The notes under the pieces were generated by a model. The model worked only from the letters and a program-made list of their open reading frames with translations, searched no databases and was not told the origin of the DNA. From an uncultured bacterium (GTDB lineage Bacteria > Patescibacteriota > Minisyncoccia > Phycocordibacterales > CAIRYW01), in NCBI GenBank assembly GCA_963766885.1, contig CAVYBO010000001.1:4352-68351 (forward strand): a stretch of 64,000 nucleotides of DNA, in the 5' to 3' direction. The first letter of the stretch is position 1. Each line of letters opens with the position of its first letter. Below are positions 28,894 to 38,021 of the stretch, in pieces. Position numbers and translations under genes: made by a program.

Positions 28894-29310
28894 ATGAAAA
28901 TTATTTCACCAGTTAACATAGAAGAGAGAAAAAACCTTGATATCAGATCAGGCGACACTGTTCGCGTGTCTCAAAAAGTTCCAGACAAGGAAGGTAAATT
29001 CCGAACTCAGGTTTTTGAAGGGCTTATTATCGCAAAGAAGCACGGCACAGAGGCTGGAGGCACTTTTACTGTTCGCAGAACCGCTGGCGGATACGGAGTA
29101 GAAAAAATTTACCCCATCTATTCTCCAATGATTGAAAAAATTGAAGTCACAAAGCGCGGAAAGGTGCGCCGAGGAAAATTGTATTTCATTCGCAGAAAGG
29201 CTGTTAAAGAAATGAACAAGAGAATGAAAATGGAAATGGTAAGACCAGATAAAGCCGAGAAGGCGGCAGTGGCAGGAGTTTCGGAATCAGAAGAACCTTC
29301 GGCAGAATAA
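28894..29310 (+). CDS. rplS: 50S ribosomal protein L19
   Basis: GDTVRV, QVFEG, FTVRR, GVEKI, KVRRGKLYF. Confidence 0.96.
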   Translation: MKIISPVNIEERKNLDIRSGDTVRVSQKVPDKEGKFRTQVFEGLIIAKKHGTEAGGTFTVRRTAGGYGVEKIYPIYSPMIEKIEVTKRGKVRRGKLYFIRRKAVKEMNKRMKMEMVRPDKAEKAAVAGVSESEEPSAE

Positions 29311-29345
29311 TATTTTTCTAATTTGAATGAATCAAAAAGGCTCCT

Positions 29346-30275
29346 TTAAAGGAGCCTTTTTGTTACAGATGACGTCAGGCTTGCAAACGATTTGATGAAT
29401 ACCAAACAAAGAGCCGCTGTTGCAATGTTAAAAATAAATTGAGCGTTAACAATTTGCTGAGAGATATTTGGTGTAATAACTCCTAGAAGTTTTTCAAAAG
29501 GCATTGCAAGCGGCAAGAAAATCAAAATTCCAAGCAAGTTAAAAATCATCTGCGCCACTGCAACTTTTTTTGCTTCGGGCTTGGCGTGCATACTTGCAAC
29601 AAGAGAAGCAGTCGGACCGCCGATAGAAGTGCCGAACATAAATCCAAGCGCTTGGGTGATGCCAAGAAGTCCGCCGGAAGCCATAATCATCACGAGGCCC
29701 ATAAGTACGGAACCCGATTGAAGTGTGGCTGTGGCAATTGCCCCGATGATGACTGTTGCGTACAAACCGTTTGAATTTTTAAGAATTGATACAACGAACG
29801 GATCGCTTTTGAGCGGAGCAATCAAGAAAGAAATAATCAAAAGACTCAAGAACATCACGCCAAAATAAAATACCGCTCGGCCGTATTTTCGAAGCCTCGA
29901 ATGCGTGTGAGAGAGAATGAAGCCGATAATCACAACCACCGGCGCGATGTATGTCATATTTAGGGCAATTAATTCTGAAGTTACAGTTGTGCCCAGGTTT
30001 ATGCCAATGACAATTCCCAAAGCATTCATAAAAGAAATAATTCCAGAGTTTACTAGGCCGACAGTTATGATTGTTGCTGCGGTACCAGATTGGATGATTG
30101 CCGCAAAAATTGCGCCGGTGATTGTGCCTTTGATGGGGGTGTTGGTCCAACCGTTGAGAATTTCTTTGAGGCGAGAACCCGCTATTTCTTCAATATGAGC
30201 GCTGAATTTTTGGATGGCAAAAATAAAAATCAGCACAAAAGCAAGAACAGTGATTATTGTGTTTGTTAAATCCAT
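29346..30275 (-). CDS. Na/Pi cotransporter family protein
   Basis: two QSG repeats, GINLGTT, HP/TM pattern. Confidence 0.85.
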   Translation of the reverse strand: MDLTNTIITVLAFVLIFIFAIQKFSAHIEEIAGSRLKEILNGWTNTPIKGTITGAIFAAIIQSGTAATIITVGLVNSGIISFMNALGIVIGINLGTTVTSELIALNMTYIAPVVVIIGFILSHTHSRLRKYGRAVFYFGVMFLSLLIISFLIAPLKSDPFVVSILKNSNGLYATVIIGAIATATLQSGSVLMGLVMIMASGGLLGITQALGFMFGTSIGGPTASLVASMHAKPEAKKVAVAQMIFNLLGILIFLPLAMPFEKLLGVITPNISQQIVNAQFIFNIATAALCLVFIKSFASLTSSVTKRLL

Positions 30276-30353
30276 TTCGCTATTATATCAAATTTACTGT
30301 CTATCAGAATTTTAATTGAAAATATTTTGAAATTTAAGTATGATTCTTGCCAT

Positions 30354-30435
30354 GCGCCGGTGTTGAAATTGGTAGACATTTGCCCTTGAGGTGGGTAAGC
30401 CGTAAGGCGTGGAGGTTCGAGTCCTCTCCGGCGCA
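30354..30435 (+). tRNA. tRNA-Leu(GAG)
   Basis: acceptor GCGCCGG/CCGGCGC, loop TT-GAG-GT, variable arm GCC-GTAA-GGC. Confidence 0.93.
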
Positions 30436-30438
30436 TCA

Positions 30439-30972
30439 TCAATTCTCCAAAACAAATCTGTATTTTTTGTTGGCCCAGATAACGCCTGCGTAATCCACTC
30501 CGATTCTCGGAGTCTTTTTTACCCGCCTGCCGGCGAGGCAGGTTTTCAATTTTGCATCTTTGCTTTTTTCAAACCACAAACCATTTTTTGGAATTGCAAT
30601 TTTGCCATTTAGTTTTTTATCAATCTTAAGTTTTTTGGTTAGACGAGCGGGGCCAGAGATTCCTTCAATTCCTCGAATCAAAACCGCTGACGGAAAATTT
30701 TTTTGTTCTGTCACAACATTGAGCATCCAATGCATTCCATAAACAAGATAAACATAAATTGTTCCTGCTTCTTCAAACATCGGGGAATTTCGCAAAGTTT
30801 TGCCTTTGGAAGAATGGCAGGCCAAATCGTGCGCGCCAACATAGGCTTCGGTTTCTGTGATTTTGAATTTCAAAACTTTTCCATTGATTTTTCGGCACAA
30901 AAAACAGCCGATAAGTTGCTCGGCAACCTTCAAGGTTTTTTGTTCAAAGAATTTTTGTGTCAGATGAGCCAT
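30439..30972 (-). CDS. mpg: 3-methyladenine DNA glycosylase
   Basis: ITETEAY, YVYLVYGMH, AVLIR, GPARL, PRIGV. Confidence 0.93.
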   Translation of the reverse strand: MAHLTQKFFEQKTLKVAEQLIGCFLCRKINGKVLKFKITETEAYVGAHDLACHSSKGKTLRNSPMFEEAGTIYVYLVYGMHWMLNVVTEQKNFPSAVLIRGIEGISGPARLTKKLKIDKKLNGKIAIPKNGLWFEKSKDAKLKTCLAGRRVKKTPRIGVDYAGVIWANKKYRFVLEN

Positions 30973-31059
30973 GAGGATATTCTAATCGGTTTTGGATTTA
31001 ATTAAAAATCTGCTATAAATTACAGCACTTCAAGTTATAATTAGCTTGAAAGAGTATAT

Positions 31060-31131
31060 GGCGACTATAGTTTAGTGGTAAAACTCCGGTTTGTGGAACC
31101 GGTATCGAGAGTCCGATTCTCTCTAGTCGCC
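31060..31131 (+). tRNA. tRNA-His(GTG), anchor of cassette array
   Basis: encoded G-1, acceptor GCGACTA/TAGTCGC, C73, CCGGT-TT-GTG-GA-ACCGG; T loop TCCGATT. Confidence 0.93.
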
Positions 31132-31167
31132 CATCAATGATTTTCTCCAATAAAGCCTTATACCGCT

Positions 31168-31196
31168 TAGACTTTTCAGTTCTAACCTGTTAGAGT
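31168..31196 (+). promoter_or_regulatory. sigma70-like promoter inside cassette start arm B
   Basis: TAGACT-N17-TAGAGT with extended TG, 6 nt before ATG 31203; same geometry at 50069-50097. Confidence 0.55.
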
Positions 31197-31202
31197 TTTG
31201 GT

Positions 31203-31898
31203 ATGGAAAGACCAGAAACAACTTTATTTATGCTGATGTCAGTGGACGGCAAAATTTCTACTGGTGATACAGATGAAATGGATGTAGATAAAGACTATCC
31301 TAAAATCACTGGTCTCAAGGAAGGACTCAAGCAGTATTACGATTTAGAGCAACAGACGGATTTGTTTTCTCTCAATACTGGTCGTGTGTTTGCAAAAATT
31401 GGTGTAAACGAAAAAACTGACGAGCCTGTTAAGTTACCAGTAAGTTTTGTAGTGATAGATAATCAACCTCATCTTACCGAGCAAGGAGTTTCATATTTAG
31501 CGAAGAAAGCAAAAAGCCTTATTATCGTAACAACAAATAAAGCTCATCCAGCATTTTCAGTAAAGGGGGGTTATAGAAATATTGAAATAATTTTTTACGA
31601 AAAAGAAATCAATTTTAGTGATTTGTTCCAAAAATTGAGAAAAGAATATAAAGTTGAAAAACTTACTATTCAATCTGGAGGAACTTTAAATACAACTCTT
31701 GTTAGGGAGGGGTTGGTAGATAGAGTTTTGTTGATAGTTGCTCCTGCATTTGTCGGAGGAAGAAATACATCTACTTTATTGGATGGCGAATCGCTCCATA
31801 CAAAGCGAGAATTGTTTAAAATAAAATCAATGGAACTTATACAAGCGAAACCACTTGAAAATAACTATTTGCTTTTGGAGTATAAGCTTAATAAATAG
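31203..31898 (+). CDS. RibD C-terminal/DHFR-fold reductase (cassette 1)
   Basis: MLMSVDGKI, IQSGGTLN..L...LVD.V...VAP..VGG. Confidence 0.88.
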   Translation: MERPETTLFMLMSVDGKISTGDTDEMDVDKDYPKITGLKEGLKQYYDLEQQTDLFSLNTGRVFAKIGVNEKTDEPVKLPVSFVVIDNQPHLTEQGVSYLAKKAKSLIIVTTNKAHPAFSVKGGYRNIEIIFYEKEINFSDLFQKLRKEYKVEKLTIQSGGTLNTTLVREGLVDRVLLIVAPAFVGGRNTSTLLDGESLHTKRELFKIKSMELIQAKPLENNYLLLEYKLNK

Positions 31899-31924
31899 TG
31901 GATTGAGGTGTAGGGTAAAATACA

Positions 31925-31991
31925 GGAATATAAATACTTGCATCATTTAACCTCTCAAAAACAGTTCTAACATCCTCTACTACGTCGCCCA
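31925..31991. repeat. cassette end arm type 1 (junction 1)
   Basis: 67-bp GGAAT...CAGTTCTAACATCCTCTACTACGTCGCCCA. Confidence 0.95.
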
Positions 31992-32042
31992 GAAAATAAA
32001 ATGTTGTGTTATTATTTTATATTATAATTATCAAATAAAATT

Positions 32043-32339
32043 ATGACTGAAAACAAAACAGAAATTGCTGAAGACAAAATTGAATGGCAAGGACAAGTAG
32101 AAAATGTTAATGCTTCAGAATTAAAAGCTGGGGTCATATACATTGATAGGAATAAAGCTAATTTTTCAGGTCCAGAAACAGAACGAAAACTAAAAATTGT
32201 GGAAATGAATTTACTGAGTGAAGAGAATGGTTATAAGTATTATGAGTTAGTTGCTGAGACCGAAGATGGTAAAACTGTTCATCCAAAAATTGGCTTCAAC
32301 GCAGAGACTTCTTTTGATGTAATTAGAAAAACTGATTAA
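32043..32339 (+). CDS. hypothetical protein (cassette 2)
   Basis: 98-aa ATG ORF filling the cassette. Confidence 0.7.
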   Translation: MTENKTEIAEDKIEWQGQVENVNASELKAGVIYIDRNKANFSGPETERKLKIVEMNLLSEENGYKYYELVAETEDGKTVHPKIGFNAETSFDVIRKTD

Positions 32340-32376
32340 CTGGGAAGTAGTGAATTATAGAGTAGGGTAAAAGCTC

Positions 32377-32443
32377 GGAATATAAATACTCGTATCACCC
32401 AATCTCTCAAAAACAGTTCTAACATCCTCTACTACGTCGCCCA
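32377..32443. repeat. cassette end arm type 1 (junction 2)
   Basis: 67-bp copy. Confidence 0.95.
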
Positions 32444-32520
32444 GAATTTTTAGCCTTATATTTTAATAATATTTTCGGATGGGTCTAAAGAGAATCGGAC
32501 TTTTGATATACTTTTGTTAT

Positions 32521-33303
32521 ATGAATGAAAATATAAAAAAAGAAAAAACAACTGAAAAAACTGGTGAAGAGATTTTTTTTGAAATCCATAAAGATATTCC
32601 AAGACAAGGTCCTGGAAACGAAGAGTCAACAAAAAAGGCATTTTCTTTGCTTTCAGGTTTACCTTCAGAACCTGCTATTTTAGATGTGGGGTCTGGACCA
32701 GGATTGCAGACAATAGAATTAGCAAGGTTGAGCGGTGGAAATATAACGGCTTTGGATTACCATCAGGAATTTTTGGATGAGTTAAATTTGAACGCATCCA
32801 AAGCTGGTTTAGGAGAACATATTAAGGAAACCAAAGGTTCAATGTTTGAAATGCCATTTGGTGAAAATAATTTTGATGTTATCTGGTCAGAAGGAGCAAT
32901 CTACATTATTGGTTTTGAGAAAGGATTAAAAGAATGGAAGCCTTTTATTAAAGATGGCGGTTATATGGTCGCATCTCATATTTCTTGGCTTAAAAAAGAT
33001 GTGTCTGAAAAACCGAGAGCTTTTTGGGAAAAAAACTATCCAGCAATAGACACAGTTGAGAACAATCTACAAATTGCACAAAGTGTAGGTTATAACAACA
33101 TCGGACACTTCACCTTGCCAGAAGCGGGATGGTGGGACGGCTACTACGGACCTATGGAAGAAAATCTGAAAAGATTAAGAGTAGAACATCAGGGTAATGA
33201 ATCGGCTTTGGCAAAGATTGCGAGCACCCAAGAAGAAATTGACCTGTATAGAAATTTTGCTGATTGCTACGGATATGTTTTTTATGTTTTGCAAAAGAAC
33301 TAG
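32521..33303 (+). CDS. class I SAM-dependent methyltransferase (cassette 3)
   Basis: PRQGPG, LDVGSGPG, FDVIWSEGAIY; ATG 32521 lies after the arm. Confidence 0.92.
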   Translation: MNENIKKEKTTEKTGEEIFFEIHKDIPRQGPGNEESTKKAFSLLSGLPSEPAILDVGSGPGLQTIELARLSGGNITALDYHQEFLDELNLNASKAGLGEHIKETKGSMFEMPFGENNFDVIWSEGAIYIIGFEKGLKEWKPFIKDGGYMVASHISWLKKDVSEKPRAFWEKNYPAIDTVENNLQIAQSVGYNNIGHFTLPEAGWWDGYYGPMEENLKRLRVEHQGNESALAKIASTQEEIDLYRNFADCYGYVFYVLQKN

Positions 33304-33333
33304 ACCAAAGACTCAAGGTTGGGGTAAAAGCTC

Positions 33334-33400
33334 GGAATATAGATTGTTGCATCACCCAATCTCTCAAAAACAGTTCTAACATCCTCTACTACGTCGCCCA
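33334..33400. repeat. cassette end arm type 1 (junction 3)
   Basis: 67-bp copy. Confidence 0.95.
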
Positions 33401-33477
33401 GCATTTTTTGAGCCCTATTTTTAAGTGTATTTTCTTATGGGTCTAAAGAGAATCGGACTTTTGGTATACTTTAGGCT

Positions 33478-33726
33478 ATGAAAAAATATTTAACTCTAAA
33501 CAATGTTTTTCAAGTCTGTTTGGTTTTCTTTACTGTATTAGGATTTTTGCTTACAGGACTAAAAAACCCTAAATGGGGTTTGATTTTTAATCTTATAGCA
33601 GAAGTCTTTTGGGTATACTCTTCTTATAGAGCTTGGAAAGAAGCCAAACAGATAGGAATATTTATTACTACTATAATCATTACAGCCGTATTGCTTTATG
33701 GAGTATTTAATTACTGGTTTCTTTAA
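33478..33726 (+). CDS. small 3-TM membrane protein (cassette 4)
   Basis: 82 aa, three TM segments; TGGTATACT 7 nt before ATG. Confidence 0.7.
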   Translation: MKKYLTLNNVFQVCLVFFTVLGFLLTGLKNPKWGLIFNLIAEVFWVYSSYRAWKEAKQIGIFITTIIITAVLLYGVFNYWFL

Positions 33727-33741
33727 AAACCAATTTATTTC

Positions 33742-34332
33742 CTACAAAGAAAACAATAGCTTGGTAGCCTCATATTGTGGTCTTACTTCTTCTCTAATAT
33801 CATCAAAGAATATTTTTCTGTTGAAATCTTTTTCTATTTTAGATAAGACCCATTTTTTGAAAGCATAATAATTTCCATCATCATTTTTACCCCAGTGTTG
33901 CCAGCAAAAGAAAGTATAGAAATCTGATTGAAAATGAGCAATTGAATCTGCTGTTGCAAGAACCTTGCCTTCAAGTGTTGTTGGTAAAATTTCCTTACAG
34001 CTGTGCGGAAGAATAATTTCATAAATTATGAAATCAGTTTCCTTCTGACTAAATTTTGTCTTTTCAAGAAGTTCACGGGCAATTCCAATACTTCTTTTCT
34101 CGTGATTTTCTTCAGAGCGTAGCATAACTGCGTCGGCTATATCGTGAAGCAGAGCACCAGCAACAACTTGTTCCACATCAGCATTCTTTTCTTTAGCAAT
34201 TCTTTCAGCGTTTTTTACCACGACTAAAAGATGATTCGGATAGCCCCAGAAATTCCAATAATCAGCACTTTCAAGATTAGACTTGTAGAGCTTTTCTACT
34301 TCTTGTTTTAGATTGTTTAATCTTGCTGTCAT
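33742..34332 (-). CDS. HD-domain phosphohydrolase (cassette 4)
   Basis: H...ALLHDIAD...HE...H...AD. Confidence 0.88.
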   Translation of the reverse strand: MTARLNNLKQEVEKLYKSNLESADYWNFWGYPNHLLVVVKNAERIAKEKNADVEQVVAGALLHDIADAVMLRSEENHEKRSIGIARELLEKTKFSQKETDFIIYEIILPHSCKEILPTTLEGKVLATADSIAHFQSDFYTFFCWQHWGKNDDGNYYAFKKWVLSKIEKDFNRKIFFDDIREEVRPQYEATKLLFSL

Positions 34333-34393
34333 CTATTCATTTTATCGTAAATGTTGCTATCAAGCATTATATTCAGAGATGTGATGAAATGTT

Positions 34394-34460
34394 GGAATAT
34401 AGATTGTCGCATCATTTAACCCTTCAAAAACAGTTCTAACATCCTCTACTACGTCGCCCA
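34394..34460. repeat. cassette end arm type 1 (junction 4)
   Basis: 67-bp copy. Confidence 0.95.
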
Positions 34461-34610
34461 GCATTTTTTGAGCCCTATTTTTAAGTGTATTTTCTTATGG
34501 GTCTAAAGAGAATCGGACTTTTAAAATAATCCTTTTGTTTATATCTATGTGTAATTGGATTAAACATAACTCAAACCTAGTTGTGATTTTATTGTTATAA
34601 TTCTAACTAT

Positions 34611-36443
34611 ATGAAAAATTATAATCCTGAATTATTAGAAGGAAATAATGGAGAAAGGACCGAAGAAAAACCTGAAGAAATCACTAATAATGAAACCCTA
34701 GAACCACAAGATAATCACTCGGAATTAGTAGATTTCAGTAAAAGATATTCTCGTGCTGGACGCAAAGAAATTGCTGATGAGATTCGGGAATTACGCTTTC
34801 AATATTTCAAAAAAGAAAAGGGAAATCCAGAACGCCAGGAGACTATTGCTGGCCAAGAAAAAAGCATCGAGGCACTTCAAAAAGAAAAGGATTTGATAGA
34901 AGAAGAAATCAGAGCCTTAGAAGATGAGGTAGAGCAGCAAAAGGCTAGCCTGTGGCATAAGATTTCATCTATGTTCCGCAAGAACGAGATAGAGCAAGAA
35001 TTACAGCTTGACCCCAAGAAAAAGAAACTTGAAGATTTAAAAAAAGATATTGAAGGCAGACTTAAAATAATTGGAGAGACGGAGAGCGTAATTTTAGATA
35101 TATCTTCTCTTGATGAAGCTAAGACTAAATTGGCGGAATTTTACAAAGAACAATCGGATTTAAAATCTTCTTTTGAAAGCGAAGAAAAAGAGCGTGATAT
35201 TGAAACCCTGTCAAAAGATAAAGGATATATTTTTCTACACGGCATTCCTACAAAAAATAGGAATATGAACAACACTGCTGAAAACAATCCAGCAATGAAA
35301 ACTAGCGGAATGAGCACTGAAGATAAACTCTCTTTGCTGATGGGATTAGAGCCAACTGTTTCAGCTTCAGTATTAAAAGAGGGTCAACAAGACGCACAAA
35401 CGTATTATACTTTCGGTGTCATTCTTGGTGGAGGTAAAGTATTAAGTGCATATAAAGAAGATTCAGGCACATTGGCTGAGAGTTTGTACAGTCGAAGGTC
35501 AAAATATGATAGAGAAACTAAACAAACAAGCATTCAACCAAATATTACTGCTCATTTAGATGAAGCTGTAAACGCACCTGTAGAATCAAGAAATTGGGGA
35601 AAATACAATGAAATTGTTGTAGAGCAACCAAAAGTGGCTGGATTATATATTAATTTATCCCAACTTAATAATAATTATGACCGAATTGGGATTGGCGAAC
35701 TGAAAAGATATTCTGAGATAATGAATTTGCCAATATACGCCTTAAAAGACGGAGAAATATATCCATTTGATATTGATAGCAAAATTGGTGTGATGGATGA
35801 CGGCAGAAAATATCAAAAAGAAAATGCATTTGAGGCAGAGGGAAATAAACTTTCGCTTGATAATGTAATTGATAGCCGAAGAGAAATTGGTCAGGAAGAA
35901 AAGCTGAAGTTGGCAACTTCAGTTATAGAGAAAAATCCTTTTCAGATTAGCACCGATGGAGAATATGAACTTTATAACGCTTACTCAAGAGGAACTTACG
36001 GTATATATAATTACAGAAAAGGATACGATAATCTTTTAATGGAACAAGAGCTTCATAAGAAAAGAATAGCAGCTGGTATTGAAGAAAGTGACCCAGGAAC
36101 ACCAGAGGATGTTCTCAAAAAAATGGAAGAGCGGTTGGAAGAATTAAAACAAAGAATTGCAGATGCTACCTCCAATGAAGGTAAAAATTTTACCAATAGA
36201 GACCTTAAAAAAGAACTGATTTCTTTATATGGTTTTGCACTTAACGCACAAGAAAACGGAGATGCAAAAACTTTTGATGCAGCCAAAAATATGATTGAAA
36301 AATACGGCTCGTTTGATGAATGTGCGAATTTAATTAAAAAACGAGTAGACGAAAAAGGAGATTTCAAAACATTAGATACAGATGTGCCGATTGAGATAAG
36401 AAAAAAGATGTCAGAATTAGAAGGGGTTAGTTCTGTTACTTAA
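34611..36443 (+). CDS. coiled-coil protein with central globular (possibly ART-like) domain (cassette 5)
   Basis: 610 aa; E/K-rich coiled coil, then FLHG...SAS...GVILGGG...YNEIVV. Confidence 0.7.
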   Translation: MKNYNPELLEGNNGERTEEKPEEITNNETLEPQDNHSELVDFSKRYSRAGRKEIADEIRELRFQYFKKEKGNPERQETIAGQEKSIEALQKEKDLIEEEIRALEDEVEQQKASLWHKISSMFRKNEIEQELQLDPKKKKLEDLKKDIEGRLKIIGETESVILDISSLDEAKTKLAEFYKEQSDLKSSFESEEKERDIETLSKDKGYIFLHGIPTKNRNMNNTAENNPAMKTSGMSTEDKLSLLMGLEPTVSASVLKEGQQDAQTYYTFGVILGGGKVLSAYKEDSGTLAESLYSRRSKYDRETKQTSIQPNITAHLDEAVNAPVESRNWGKYNEIVVEQPKVAGLYINLSQLNNNYDRIGIGELKRYSEIMNLPIYALKDGEIYPFDIDSKIGVMDDGRKYQKENAFEAEGNKLSLDNVIDSRREIGQEEKLKLATSVIEKNPFQISTDGEYELYNAYSRGTYGIYNYRKGYDNLLMEQELHKKRIAAGIEESDPGTPEDVLKKMEERLEELKQRIADATSNEGKNFTNRDLKKELISLYGFALNAQENGDAKTFDAAKNMIEKYGSFDECANLIKKRVDEKGDFKTLDTDVPIEIRKKMSELEGVSSVT

Positions 36444-36476
36444 TTTTATGAGATTTGTCCTTTAGGAAAGAATGTC

Positions 36477-36543
36477 GGAATATAGATTGTCGCATCATTT
36501 AATCTCTCAAAAATAGTTCTAACATCCTCTACTACGTCGCCCA
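36477..36543. repeat. cassette end arm type 1 (junction 5)
   Basis: 67-bp copy. Confidence 0.95.
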
Positions 36544-36619
36544 CGGTTTTTAAGCCTTATAAAATAGGTGTGATTTGGGTGGGGGTCTAAAGAGAATCGG
36601 ACTTTGTTATACTAAATGA

Positions 36620-37174
36620 ATGTATGAAGTAGAATCCAAAGTTGAGATTACAGATAAAGAAAAGGAAAATCTTATTACCTTATTTAAGGAGAAAAATTTT
36701 CCATTTAAAGGTACTACTCCACAGAACGATTTTTATACTGAAGCCAGAGAATCACCACACGGTAGTTATGACGTGAAAAGATACAGGGAAGAAGGCGACA
36801 AATTTATATACACAGAAAAAATATGGGAAGTGGTAGATAATAATCCAGTAAGAAAAGAAACTGAACACGAAGTTTCTAAGAATGAATTTGCATCAGCGAT
36901 TGCTCAATTTCCTAATGCCGTAAAGATAAAGAAGCAAAGAGACTGGTTTGCCGCTAATTACCAAAATACTGACATAAGTCTAACTATAGACACTGTAAAA
37001 TTTGACCACTCTCCAAACACGAGATATTTTATTGAAGCAGAAATAGATGTTCAAGACAAGAAAGATGTCAAGAAATTCAAAGACATCATTATCCAATTCC
37101 TCAAAGAATTATTGAACAAATCGGAAATCATTGAAGCTCCAGGGATGTTTACGATGGCGTTTAAAAAACAATAA
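36620..37174 (+). CDS. CYTH domain protein (cassette 6)
   Basis: N-terminal EVESK, Q.D.Y, RKETE, KKQR, FIEAE. Confidence 0.85.
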   Translation: MYEVESKVEITDKEKENLITLFKEKNFPFKGTTPQNDFYTEARESPHGSYDVKRYREEGDKFIYTEKIWEVVDNNPVRKETEHEVSKNEFASAIAQFPNAVKIKKQRDWFAANYQNTDISLTIDTVKFDHSPNTRYFIEAEIDVQDKKDVKKFKDIIIQFLKELLNKSEIIEAPGMFTMAFKKQ

Positions 37175-37177
37175 ATT

Positions 37178-37633
37178 ATGCGAACCATAGAAAGAAAAAT
37201 TGCTACAGCTGTAATATTTTCAGCAGACGGAAAAATATTTCAAGGCCAGAAAGACCCATCAAAAGGAGGTGTATATAGAGATGGTTATTGGCACATTCCT
37301 GGAGGTGGAATAGAAGAAGGAGAAACGGTAGAACAAGCTTTAATAAGAGAAATAAAAGAAGAAACTGGTATTGATGTATCAAATATTAAAGCTATCTTGA
37401 TTGACGATAAAGGTGAAGGGGAATCAGAAAGAACTTTGGCAAACGGAGAAAAAGTAATTGCCAAAATGAAATTCTACGTATACAAAATTGTCTTGCCAAC
37501 AAACACGGAAGATACAGAAATTCACCTTAACGATGATTTGGTTAAATATAGATGGACTGACCCAAAAGAACTTAAAAACATAAAGCTAACTCCTCCTTCT
37601 GTAGAGTTGTTTACAAAGATGGGGTACCTTTAA
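37178..37633 (+). CDS. NUDIX hydrolase (cassette 6)
   Basis: WHIPGGGIEEGETVEQALIREIKEETG. Confidence 0.92.
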   Translation: MRTIERKIATAVIFSADGKIFQGQKDPSKGGVYRDGYWHIPGGGIEEGETVEQALIREIKEETGIDVSNIKAILIDDKGEGESERTLANGEKVIAKMKFYVYKIVLPTNTEDTEIHLNDDLVKYRWTDPKELKNIKLTPPSVELFTKMGYL

Positions 37634-37650
37634 TGGTTGTGCAAAATGTC

Positions 37651-37717
37651 GGAATATAAATTGTCGCATCATTCAAACTCTCAAAAATAGTCCTAACATC
37701 CTCTACTACGTCGCCCA
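37651..37717. repeat. cassette end arm type 1 (junction 6)
   Basis: 67-bp copy. Confidence 0.95.
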
Positions 37718-37844
37718 CTGTTATATTAAGCTAACGTTAGTGGGCAGTAATATTTCTTTTTCTGACTTTGGTATCTGCTGTTAGCCTGATTCATAACCAG
37801 CAGATATTGACTAAATAAAATATTTCAGTAAGCTATACATACAA

Positions 37845-37974
37845 ATGAAAACAACATTTTCAATTGCAAATAACCATCATACAGCTCTTACTTCAAGAGC
37901 TGGTGTTTGCCGTTGTTAATTTCTCTCTAAGAATTTCACAAAAGTAAAAACGAGCTCTTGTAAGAGCTCGTTTT
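37845..37974 (+). promoter_or_regulatory. putative leader-peptide attenuator of hisG
   Basis: 24-aa leader with HH (37845-37919); two hairpins sharing AGCTCTT/AAGAGCT, the second followed by T4. Confidence 0.45.
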
Positions 37975-38021
37975 GCTATGTAGCAAAATCAGTACATTCA
38001 ACAACAAATGAAAGGATAAGT

